NCBI RefSeq assembly: GCF_044704955.1
Contig: NW_027251843.1
Location: 620,001 to 684,000, forward strand
Length of the DNA: 64,000 bases
From: Pristiophorus japonicus
Lineage: Eukaryota
Direction of reading: 5' to 3'
Shown: positions 27,501 through 38,579 of the stretch, piece by piece
Position numbering within the stretch: position 1 is the stretch's first letter
How the letters are laid out: each line of letters starts with the position of its first letter
The notes under the pieces: model-generated
Database searches by the model: none
Told to the model about the DNA's origin: nothing
What the model saw: only the letters and a program-made list of their open reading frames with translations
Program-made: the position numbers and the translations under genes

Positions 27501-28080
27501 GAAGCTTGCTGAGGGGACTGACGGGGCAGTGACGGTGGGGGGGGTCTCCTCTCCTTCCTCCTCCTCCTCTCCCTCGTCGCTGTCAGTGGGAGGCTGAGGG
27601 ACAGGCTGCTGACATGCTGGCTCATCATCTGAAAGCTCAAAGGCACAAGGGTGTGGGGAGGATCAGGGGAGGGGGGCAGGAAAGGAGCAAGGGAGGGGCA
27701 CACTGCCCTTCAATGCAAAGGGCCAAAGGCTTGTGCTTTGGGGGGGCAGTGGGGCGAGAGAGGGAGAGAAACATACCATTATTGTCCCTTTGAGGGGCGG
27801 AGATGAGGAACAAACCATTATAGTCCAGGCGGGGGGCGGGGAGGAAGAGGAGAGATAGGTGAGGAACTTACCATTGTCATCCCCGGGGGGAAGAGGGGAC
27901 GGAGAGTTGAGGAACATACCATTACTGTCCCCAGGGGGAAAGGGAGAGGTGAGGAACATATCATTATGGTCTGCAGGGGTATAGAGGAGTGAGACGTGAG
28001 GAACATACCATTATTGTCCCCGGTGGGGGGGCGGGGGGGAGTGGAAGAGGTGAGGAACATACCATTATTTTCCCCGAGGT
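24580..28080. mobile_element. Decayed PIF/Harbinger DNA transposon (transposase remnant on +, Myb-partner ORF remnant on -)
   Basis: WLLRVKGYPL, NLIEQTI...RLHCRNCSGGAL, CCMLHNM (HARBI1-like C-terminus) followed by an acidic tract. Convergent ORF 26092-27030. Internal tandem repeats at 26600-26800, 27045-27255 and 27770-28075. Confidence 0.7.
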
Positions 28081-28192
28081 GATGAACTGTAGCACCAGCT
28101 TTCTGGCCATTTCTATCAACAATACTTCAAATCCTTAAATCCAAATCCCCAAGAAAGAACTGTACTGTTGAGGGAGCTTGTGGGGGTGGCAC

Positions 28193-29191
28193 TGAGGTGC
28201 ATTCATATACAACCGGACATTTCACACTGACAGGCTGAGTGGCAAGGAACCCAGGCCCATTGATGTCATCACCTTCTAAAGTGATTACTGGGAACAATAC
28301 CCCGAGAGGTAACTCAGAGACACTGTGCCTTCGCATTATTAAAGCACAGCCACCACTCAGTCCCAACCCAAACTGGTGCAAGACAGGAAATGGCCGGTCC
28401 GTTGTCTACCAGGAGATAAGCCGGTTAAGCAAGATCGGTTTCTGATTGAAACCCATTACCTGATAATGGGGGCCATCAACTCAGGAAACGACAGACATCC
28501 AGTAATCAGCACACATTGTCTCTCCAGACGCAATGCCTGGGAGCGGGAAAACAAAATATCATTTTTCACAAAGATTTCAAAGGCTACGAATCACTCCAGG
28601 CCACGGGGGCGGGGAGTCCAGACAGATCACCGGAGTCAATCCATCGGTCAGTATTGGCGGGAGGAAAGGTGATGGGTTTTGGGGATATAAGGAGCCACTT
28701 TGCAACAAGCTCAAGCTCAGGAGGAAGAAAGCCCCGGAAAAAGCTCAGGAAAAATCCCAGGAAAAATCCCAGGAAAAAGCCCAGGAGCGAGACGTTCAGG
28801 AAGAAGCTGCAAGCAAGACAACTGGCAATCAGGGTGAGCATATTGCCTGCGCCTACACATCCACAAGACCACTTAGCTGTGTGAGGGGGTGATTGTAAGT
28901 CCCAACCAAACCCAAGGGGTTTAGTGCTGGGGGGGGGTTGGTCCTGTGTTAGTTTATTTCACGGGAGGGTTCTTTCATTAAACCGTGGTAACTTAGCACG
29001 GCAGGGATTATTGGACAAGCCAGGGTTGTACTGTTTTGTACTGTTTATGAGTGGTGTTGTTAATCTTATTAAACACAATACGGTTGAGCCTGAAAAACAT
29101 GTGTCCAAGTCTGATCTGTCCATACAATCCCTATCGTCCAGAACTTGGTGTCGGAGGTGCGTTATCGGTACGCCCGAGAAAACCGCCTACA
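28193..29191 (+). mobile_element. Probable solo LTR (about 1 kb)
   Basis: TGAGG...CCTACA termini, 5-bp direct repeat GGCAC at 28188-28192 and 29192-29196, TATAAG near 28686 and ATTAAA near 29068. Confidence 0.6.
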
Positions 29192-30065
29192 GGCACCCCC
29201 TCAGTACTGCCCCTCCGACAGTGCAGCACTCCCTCAGTACTGCCCCTCTGACAGTGCAACACTCCCTCAATATTGCTTCTCCGACAGTGCAACCACTCCC
29301 TCAGTACTGCCCCTGTGACAGTGCAGCACTCCCTCAGTACTGCCCCTCTGACAGTGCGGCACTCCCTCAGTTGCCCCTCTGACAGTGTGGCACTCCCTCA
29401 GTACTGCCCCTCTGACAGTGCAGCACTCCCTCAGTACTGTCCCTCTGACAGTGTGGCACTCCCTCAGTATTGCCCCTCTGACAGTACGGCACTCCCTCAG
29501 TGCTGCCCCTCCGACAGTGCGGCACTCCCTCAGTATGCCCCTCCGACAGTGCAGCACTCCCTCAGTACTGCCCCTCCGACAGTGCAGCACTCCCTCAGTG
29601 TTGCCCCTCTGACAGTGCAGCACTCCCTCAGTACTGCCCCTCTGACAGTGCAGCACTCCCTCAGTACTGCCCCTCTGACAGTGCAACACTCCCTCAATAT
29701 TGCTTCTCCGACAGTGCAACACTCCCTCAGTACTGCCCCTGTGACAGTGCAGCACTCCCTCAGTACTGCCCCTCTGACAGTGCGGCACTCCCTCAGTTGC
29801 CCCTCTGACAGTGTGGCACTCCCTCAGTACTGCCCCTCTGACAGTGCAGCACTCCCTCAGTACTGTCCCTCTGACAGTGTGGCACTCCCTCAGTATTGCC
29901 CCTCTGACAGTACGGCACTCCCTCAGTGCTGCCCCTCCGACAGTGCGGCACTCCCTCAGTACTGCCCCTCCGACAGTGCAGCACTCCCTCAGTGTTGCCC
30001 CTCTGACAGTGCAGCACTCCCTCAGTACTGCCCCTCTGACAGTGCAGCACTCCCTCAGGACTGCA
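29192..30065. repeat. 33-bp satellite (CACTCCCTCAGTACTGCCCCTCTGACAGTGCAG)n, about 26 copies
   Basis: Direct tandem repetition. Common shark satellite-type sequence. Confidence 0.97.
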
Positions 30066-30769
30066 CAGTAGTGTATGTCTTTATTTTGCACTCAGGTCCC
30101 TGGAGTGGGGCTTGAACCCACGATACAACATTGCATCACTGGATGCCGCACAGTCTGAGCTGTGAGTCATATCCCGCCCTCAGTTGGAACAGCTAACTCA
30201 GAACAAACAACAACAGCAACTTTTATACAGCACCTTTAACACAGTAAAACTCCGTGAGCGCTTCACAGGAGCGTTATAGAATAAAGATTGACAGCGAGCC
30301 ACGTAAGGAGACATTGAAAATTGCAGCTCAGTCAAATTGTGAGGGAAATTATCAGTGCTGTCTTCATACCAAAAGGGAGTGATGTTGGTTCTGAAAAGAC
30401 CAAATTTTTGGACAATTTCTGTGTCACTCAATTGATTGGTTTGTAAAACCCGTTTGTACCAAACCTCCAGTCAGGTTTGCCGAATAATTTCCAGTTCCCC
30501 ATGTGTCATTTGATGGTGGATCTCAGCGTGTATCTCCTCGTCCGCTCGTGAGGCGGTGTCTCAGACCGATTGGTGGGTGAGCAGCCACTCCACACTGCAG
30601 CGAGCATCGGCAGGCCATTCCACTGTGGGAGGCCTCACCGCGGAGCTCGGTGCACGGGGTATATCCACACAGAGACGCTCTGCCGCCAGGTACAGCAGCA
30701 ACAACCTGCATTGCTGTAGCAACTGGAACATTCGAACAACATCCCAAGGCAGCTGACAGAATCGTAATC

Positions 30770-31030
30770 TGGTCAAAGTGGTGCTGAGCCAAAGTGGGAG
30801 GGGCTGGGAGGGTGATCAAAACACTCAGTCACAGATTGAGTTTGAAGGGAGGTCTTCAAAGAGGAGAGGGGTGGAGTGGCAGAGAGGTTTAGGGAGCAGG
30901 GAGTTAGGGCCCAGGCAGCTGAAGGCACGGCCCCCAATGGAGGGGGAAGGGAAGGGGGGAATGGATAAGAAGCCTGAGCTAGATACAGCGGCCCCTGAAC
31001 ACAACAACAACTTGCATTTATATAGCGAGT
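30770..31030 (-). mobile_element. L2 LINE 3' fragments
   Basis: SIGGRAFSCLGP motif and CAACAACTTGCATTTATATAGCG tail. Confidence 0.6.
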
Positions 31031-31482
31031 GTTGTGACAATGACAGACAGTGAGAATATAACCCTGATAATGTAACACAGTATTTGCAGCACTTGACACT
31101 GTGGGGAAAGCTTGTAATTTTAAATCCATGAGCTGTACATAAGTGAGAGCAGGACCTGCTTGTGGCCGGTGTGGAGATCACCACTTACAGAAGGTCGTTA
31201 CTGCAGGGAATTCAGGGCCACAGTGACCTCCTGGACTAGTTTCCATCGCCCGGGGATGGGTGGGGCGTTGGAGAGGAGTTTCCCAGATTTATTTCCCCCA
31301 ATGGGTTTTTTCCCTGGTTTTTCGCCTCTCCCAGGAGATCAGGTAGTTTTGGGTGGGGTGGAGAGTCTATACTGTGATACACAAGGTATCACAATTGTGT
31401 GGGAAGGGCTGCATGGACCACAGGGTCTTTACCTGTCCGTCACTGTCCGCGGGTTTGGGTTTCAAAGATGTAGAGCTGAATT

Positions 31483-32265
31483 GGAAAGAAAGACTTGCAT
31501 TTATATAGCGCCTTTCACCACCTCAGGACGTCCCAAAGCGCTTTACAGCCAATGAAGTACTTTTAAAGTGTAGTCACTGCGGTAATGGAGGAGACACGAC
31601 AGACAGTTTGTACACAGCAAGCTCCCACATGTGACTATGACCAGATAATGGGCCCAAATTGTGTATCGCCCCGGTTTGGGGTGGCTAATTTTGCCACGCC
31701 CAATTCCTGCCCCGGAAGCAAAATTGGGGTCACGGCCCCTGACAGGAAGTGGAGCGCAATGTGGTGCGCTGCACTTCCCCTGGGGGTGGGCTCGGGGGCG
31801 AGTGTCAGGCTGCACCATGACGGCACCGACCCCACCACATCGGCACAGAAAGGCCCGACGGGTAAGTAGGCAAAAACAAATGGCGGGGCGCGGCGGTGCG
31901 CGTCTCCCGGTAAGTTTCGCCCTGCGAGCGAAGTGCGGCCCGGTTCGTGACCCACAGGCCTGGCGCGGACACGGCTCACGGGACGTGGACACGGCTCACG
32001 GGACGTGGACACGGCTCAAGGGGCGTGGACACGGCTCACGGGGCACTATCCATTTCACGTCTCTGCTAAATCCCGCGGGATCGGGTAGGACCCCCCCACC
32101 CAGGGAAAACACTGTCACATCCCTTTCACACAGCGGGGAAATTTCGTCCCCAATCTGTTTTTGTCATGTTGATTGAGGAATATATATTGGCCGGGACACC
32201 GGGGAGAACTCCCCTGCTCTTCTTCAAAATAATGGCATGGGATCATTAACGCCCACCTGAGAGAG
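31483..32265 (-). mobile_element. Deu-domain/L2-tailed SINE (SacSINE1-like) interrupted by a MITE
   Basis: CTTGCATTTATATAGCGCCTTT..CAGCCAATGAAGTAC..CAGCAAGCTCCCACA. Related copies at 52862-53065 (-) and 60180-60345 (+). Confidence 0.75.
31650..32151. mobile_element. Non-autonomous Harbinger-like MITE (502 bp)
   Basis: 3-bp TSD AAT (31647-31649, 32152-32154), imperfect termini GGGCCCAAATT / AATTTCGTCCCC, GC-rich body with a 20-bp tandem repeat at 31965-32043. Confidence 0.7.
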
Positions 32266-34440
32266 GCATTCAAGGGGGAGATAGTGCGGGTTCAGAGCAA
32301 GTGTGTTCCCACAAAGGTAAAGGGTGGCACTCTCAAATCTAGTTATGAGGCAAGATTGGGTAGGTTGCAGTACAGCGGGACCTGGAGGTACTTGTGCATG
32401 AAACACAATAGGGTAGTATGCAAGTACAGCAAGTGACCAGGAAGGCCAATGGAATCTTGGCCTTTATTGCAAAGGGAATGGAGTATAAAAGCAAGAAAGT
32501 CTTGCTACAGCTATACAGGGTATTGGTGAGGCCACACCTGGAATATTGCGTGCAGTTTTGGTTTCCATATTTACGAAAGGATATACTTGCTTTGGAGGCA
32601 ATTCAGAGGAGATTCCCTCGGTTGATTCTGGAAATGAGGGGGTTGACTTATGAGGAAAGGTTGAGTAGGTTGGGCCTCTACCCATTGGAATGCAGAAGAA
32701 TGAGAGGTGATCTTATGGAAACATATAAGATTATGAATAGGCTTGACAAGGTGGATGCAGAGAGGATGTTTCCACTAGAACTAGAAGGCATGATCATAGA
32801 ATAAGGAGCTGCCCATTTACAACAGAGATGAGGAGAAATTTCTTCTCTGAGAGGGTTGTAAATCTGTGGAATTCATTGCCTCAGAGAGCTGTGGAAGCTG
32901 GGACATTGAATAAATTTAAGACAGAATTAGACAGTTTCTTAAATGATAAGTGGATAAGGGGTTATCAGGAGCGGACGGGGAAGTGGAGCTGAGTCCATGA
33001 TCAGATCAGCCATAATTTTATTGAATGGAGGAGCAGGCTCGAGGGGCCATATGGCCGACTCCTTTTCCTAGTTCTTATGTTCTTCTGTTGAAGGTAAATC
33101 AGTGTCAGAGCAGTGGGAGGCATTCAAGGGGGAGATAGTGAGGGTTCAGAGCAAGTATGTTCCCACAAAGGAAAAGGGTGGGACTGCCAAATCTCGAGCC
33201 CCTGGATGTCGAAGGGCATACAGGGTAGGTTAAGGCAAAAAAGGGAAGCTTATGTCAGATACCCAGAGCTAAATACTGCAGAAAGTCCAGAGAAGTATAG
33301 AAAGTGCAGGGGTGAAATTAAAAAGGAAATTAGGAATGCAAAGAGAGGGTATGAAAAAATATTGTCAAGTATAATCAGGGAAAACTCAAAGATGTTTTAT
33401 AAATACATAAAGACCAAGAGGATAACTAAAAAAAGAGTGTGGCCTATTGGAGACCAAAAAGGTAACCTGTGTGTGGAAGCGGAAGATGTGGGAATAGTTC
33501 TAAATGAATACTTTGTATCTACCTTCACAGAAGAGAGGGACGATGCAGACATTGTAATTAAGGAGGACAAGTGTGAAATATTCGATGAGATAAACATAGT
33601 GAGTGAAGAAGTATTAAGGGGTTTAGCATGTAATGTATCCCAGGTTGTGAAGAGAAGCAAGGGAGGAAATAGCAGAGGCTCTGACCATCATTTTTCAATC
33701 TACCCTGTTTACAGGTGAGGTGTCAGAGGACTGGAGGGCTGCTAACATGGTGCCTTTGTTTAAAAAGGGGAAAGAGATAGACCGAGTAATAACAGACCAG
33801 TCAGCGTAACCTCGGTGGTGGGAAAATTATTGGAAACAATTCCGAGGGAGAGGATAAATTGTCATATAGAAAGGGATGGATTAATCAAGGACAGTCAGCA
33901 TGGATTTGTTAAGGGAATGTTATGCGTGACTAACTTGATTGAATTTTTTGTGGAGATAACAAGGAGGGTCGATGAGTGTTGCACCTTTGATGTAGTATAC
34001 ATAGATTTTTGCAAGGCTTTTGGCAAAGTCTCACATGGCAGAAAAGTAAAAAGCCCATGGGATCCAAGGGAAAGTGGCAAGTTGGATCCAAAATTGGCTC
34101 AGTGGCAGGAAGCAAAGGGGAATGGTCAACGGCTGTTTTTGTGACTGGAAGGCTATTTCGAGTGGGGTCCGCAGGGCTCGGTACTAAGTCCCTTGCACAT
34201 TGTAATATACACCAATGATTTAGACTTCAATGTATGGGACATGATTAAGAAGTTTGCAGATGATACAAAAATTAGCTGTGCGATTGATAGTGAGGAAGAA
34301 AGCTGTAGACAGCAGGAAGATATCAATGGACTGGTCAGGTGGGCAGAACAGTAGCAAAAGGAATTCAATCCCGAGAACTGTGAGGTAATGCATTTGGGGA
34401 AGTCTAACAATCAAAGGAATACACATTAAATGATAGGACA
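32265..34440 (+). mobile_element. Nested CR1 ORF2 fragments
   Basis: [12 protein letters not shown] (32418-32804) with a 3' tail near 33080, then KMFYKYIK.KR, SQHGFVKG, KFADDTK. Confidence 0.88.
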
Positions 34441-34444
34441 CTGA

Positions 34445-37400
34445 GAATTCCCTGGATTCTTGGGAGGTCCCAGCAGTTTGGAAAACTGCAAATGTAACGC
34501 CCCTATTTAAAAAAGGAGGCAGACAAAAAGCAGGAAACTATAGACCAATTCGCCTAACATAACTGTGCTTGGGAAAATGTTGGAGTCCATTATTAAAGAA
34601 GCAGTAGCAGGACATTTGGAAAAGCAAAATTCAGTCAGGCAGAGTCAGCATGGATTTATGAAGGGTGTGATGTATGTAGCACTCAAATCACTGACTCCAC
34701 ACGGTCTGGTGTTGTAGTAACTGCTGTGATCTTAGTCCTTTATTGTCTGACTCCAGAGTGCCTCTCAGGTGTGGTGGGCAGCCTTTTATACTATGTCTTG
34801 CAGGTACTTTCAGGTCTCCAACCACAGCGCCCTCTGTGGCTCACCATTATACTTATACATTTAATGTACCTGGACAATACATAACAACTCACTCTCCCCC
34901 CCAGTTCCAAAAGCCATTGCCGGTGACCTCGGCCTTGTTCGTCCTGGTTGATTTGTGAGTGTGAGTCCATGACCATCCACTTCCCTCTTCTCCCCATGTG
35001 GAGTACTCGGTGTACACATATGGTATTTGCAGTCCTTACATGGTGGATAAAGCACACGAGCATAACCTCCAACAGAAAGTAGGTATACATAGATGGTACA
35101 TTTGTATGGTACATATAATATGTGGTAGAGATGTTATGTCAAAAGGTTGCAGGTACACTGAACAGTTACCTGGGTGAGGTACGGTGGCTGTACACAGCCC
35201 CTTTTTGCCCGAGGTAATGGGCTGCGCTGAAGTAGTCGCCTTAGCAGCCACTGAACCATTGCATGAATCAGCTAAATCAAAAATCGCATTAGTCCGTTGG
35301 TCATGTTAGTCAAGGGTCCATATCCCTTTTACCTGAACCTCATGGTATTAACTCTTTTCGTAATTCATATCCATAATTTTAAACACAGTAACTATTCAGA
35401 ATTAAAATATTAACTCTTATCATAAATCTGTCATCCTACATTCACATTGCTCATTTAGACTCGCTCTTGCGTTACAAAAGTCTCTTTGTGGGGACCGCCA
35501 ACGGTGTAAGGCCCTTTTAAGATTCCCGGGTGGATTTCCCTTTTAAGACACCATCTTGTGGTTTCCAAGAGGCTTCCCTTGGGCGCCGCCATTTTAGTTG
35601 TACTGCTTGCCTTTGTTCTTTGCAGAGCTCTGCTGCCGCCATCTTGAGCTCGCTGGCCTGCTATTTTACTCTCTGGAAAAGAAGAAATAATGAAGAAAGA
35701 AGGAAAGAAAACAGCCAAAACATGATCTTGAATCTGGCCGTTTCCTCTGTTCTGACTCCTCATCTGCTCTGGCTCCTGTATCTGTCCAAGAAATCGCGTT
35801 CTCCCGAGTCATAGCTGCCGCCTCCGTAGCCTCCGCTGCCGCTGCAGCCTCCATTCCTGCCGCTGGTGCCGCCTCTCCTGAGCCTCCGCTCCTGCTCCAG
35901 CACCTGCCGCCACTCCTGCAGCCGGGTTGAAAAGCTGCTCTTCCAGGGTTGGGGCTGCAGGGTTGCTGTGGCCTGTGGAATTGAGGCTGCTGATGAACTG
36001 CTTACTTCTTCTCCAGCTCAGTCGGTGCTGCTCTTTGGGGACCCGGGGGACAGCGGTCTGTGGAGGAGTGAAGTCTTCCCAGCTCCCACGGACCTTCCCA
36101 TCCACCTTCTGCCGAGAAGCGCGGCCCATCGCCTGCAATGACCCACAAAGGTAAACCGTGCGTCTCGTCCCCGTGAGATACCTGCACATCTGCTCTGCCA
36201 AGAACAGGTATCAGTTCCTTGGTGTAGGTACGCAGCTTTGCCATGACCGGGACCAGCTTGGGTCGTGCAGCTGGGTTAACCCACAGTTTTTCAAAATTTT
36301 CCTGACTCATCAACGATGGACCCGAGCCAGTATCTACTTCCATACTCACTGGGACTCCGTTAATCTTGACCTCCATAATCACCGGGGCCGAACCATCGGT
36401 ACACGTGTACAATCCAAACAATGCCTTGTCTTCTTCTGCCTGCTCCTCCCTGGAAAATGGACCCTCTGCCATCTCCTTAGCCACACGGTGAGTCGTGTCT
36501 CTTTTAAACATACGCTGAAGGTGGCCTTTCGTGTGGCAGGTATTGCACGTATACTTCACAAACCTGCACCGGTGAGCCCCATGGCTTCCTCCGTAGCGCC
36601 AGCATGGTGCTACTCGATTAGCCCCCCTCAGCGGACTCTGAGTTCCAGGACCTCGAGGTCCGTGCTCTCTGCCCCAGGCAGAGCCACGTTCTGCAGTTTG
36701 TTAATGGTGGGCGCTATCCTGTGGACAGTGCCTGCCGGGTTCGAGACTGTGTGGATCATCTGTTTGGTGCTGCAAGTCGAGGCCATAAACGCCCTGCTGG
36801 TGGTGATGGCTCGCTTCAGGGTGACTGTAGGTTCCGTGGATAGCAGCTTGAGAAAGAGACCCTCATGGCCAATCCCCAAAACAAAAATGTCTCGCAACGC
36901 GTCTTCAAGGTGTGTGCCAAAATCACATCGCGCCTCGAGTCTCCTGAGGTCCGTAGCATATTTGGTGACATCCTGGCCTTCAGGTCTGCAGTGGTGATAG
37001 AATTTGTACCGGGCTGTGAAGATGCTCTCCTTTGGTCACGTAAGTTGGTCACGAATGAGTACCACCGGCTTCTCATATGACTTGTCCCTGGCACTCCCGG
37101 GTGCCAGCAAATCCCTGACAAGACAGTAAACCTCATCGCCACAGCTGGAAAGTAATATCGCCTTACGCTTCTCTCAGTGCGTCCGTGTGCCCCGTCAGGT
37201 CGTTTGCTGTGAAGTAGCACTCGAGCCTTTTCGTAAAGGCCTCCCACTGTAAAATCCTTTAACGAGCCCAGAGTAGCCATAGTTGCATGATGCATGAAGT
37301 TCGTCCGTGTCCTTGTCGCCAATGTGATGTATGTCGCACTCAAATTACTGACTCCACACAGTCTGGTGTTGTAGTAACTGCTGTGACCTTAGTCCTTTAT

Positions 37401-38575
37401 TGTCTGACTCCAGAGTGCCTCTCAGGTGTGGTGGGCAGACTTTTAGACTCTGTCTTGCAGGTACTTTCCGGTCTTCCACCACAGCATCCTCTATGGCGCA
37501 CCATTGCACTTATAAATTTAATGTACCTGGACAATACATAACAAAGGGGAAGTCATGTTTGACAAATTTGCTGGAGTTCTTTGAGGATGTAACGAACAGG
37601 GTGGATAAAGAGGAATCAGTGTATGTGGTGTATTTGGACTTCCAGCAGGCAATTGACAAGGTGACACATAAAAGGTTACTGCACAAGATAAAAGCTCATG
37701 GGGTTTGGGGTAATATATTAGAATGGCTAGAGGATTGGCAAACTAACAAAAAACAGAGCGTCACGATAAATGGTTCATTCTCCGGGCTGGCAATCCGTAA
37801 CTACTAGGGTGCCGCAGGGATCAGTGTTAGGACCCCAACTATTTGCAATCTATATTAATGATTTGGATGAAGGGACCGAGTGTAACATAGCCATGTTTGC
37901 TGATGATACAAAGATGGGAGTAAAAGCAATGTGTGAGGAAGACACAAAAAACCTGCAAAAAGACATCGACAGGCTAAGTGAGTGGGCTAAAATTTGGCAG
38001 ATAGTATATCATGTTTGAAACTGTGAGGTTATGCACATTGGCAGAAAAAAATCAATGAGCAGGTTATTATTCGAATGGAGAAAAATTACAAAGTGCTGTA
38101 GTACAGCGGGACCTGGGGGTACTTGCGCATGAAACACAAAAGGATAGTATGCAGGTACAGCAAGTGGTCAGGAATCTTAGCCATTATTGCAATGGGAATG
38201 GAATATCAAAGTAATGAAGACTTGCTGCAGTTTTACGGGGTATTGGTGAGGCCACACCTGGAATACTGCATGCAATTTTGGTTTCCATATTTAAGAAAGG
38301 ATATACTTGCTTTGGAGGCAGTTCAGAGAAGGTTCACTAGATTGATTCCAGAGATGAGGAGGATTTTCTTTTCAGGAAAGGTTGAGTAGGTTGGGCATCT
38401 ACTCATTGGAATTCAGAAGAAAGAGAGGTGATCTTATCGAAACATGTAAGATTATGAGGGGGCTTTACAAGGTGGATGCAGAGAGGATGTTTCCACTGAT
38501 AGGGGAGACTAGAACTAGGGGGCTGAGGTGAAAGCGAGATGAGGAAGAATTTCTTCTCTCAGAATCTTTAATCTC
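34445..38575 (+). mobile_element. CR1 ORF2 3' half split by an LTR element
   Basis: Reads QHGFMKG|KSCLTNLLEFFE across the insertion. [20 protein letters not shown]. Confidence 0.88.
34666..37543 (-). mobile_element. Internally deleted (non-autonomous) Gypsy/Mag-like LTR element, 2.9 kb
   Basis: 221-bp LTRs 34666-34886 and 37323-37543, exact TSD AAGGG, PBS TGGCGACAAGG, PPT GGGGGGGAGAG. Gag remnant, zinc knuckle and protease VDTG present; no RT or integrase recognised. Confidence 0.92.
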
Positions 38576-38579
38576 TAAT

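Noticed and set aside
29192-30065. CRISPR-like regular repeat array and long ORFs (274 and 280 aa)
   Set aside because: Head-to-tail satellite with no unique spacers and no cas genes, in eukaryotic DNA. The ORFs are repeat translations.
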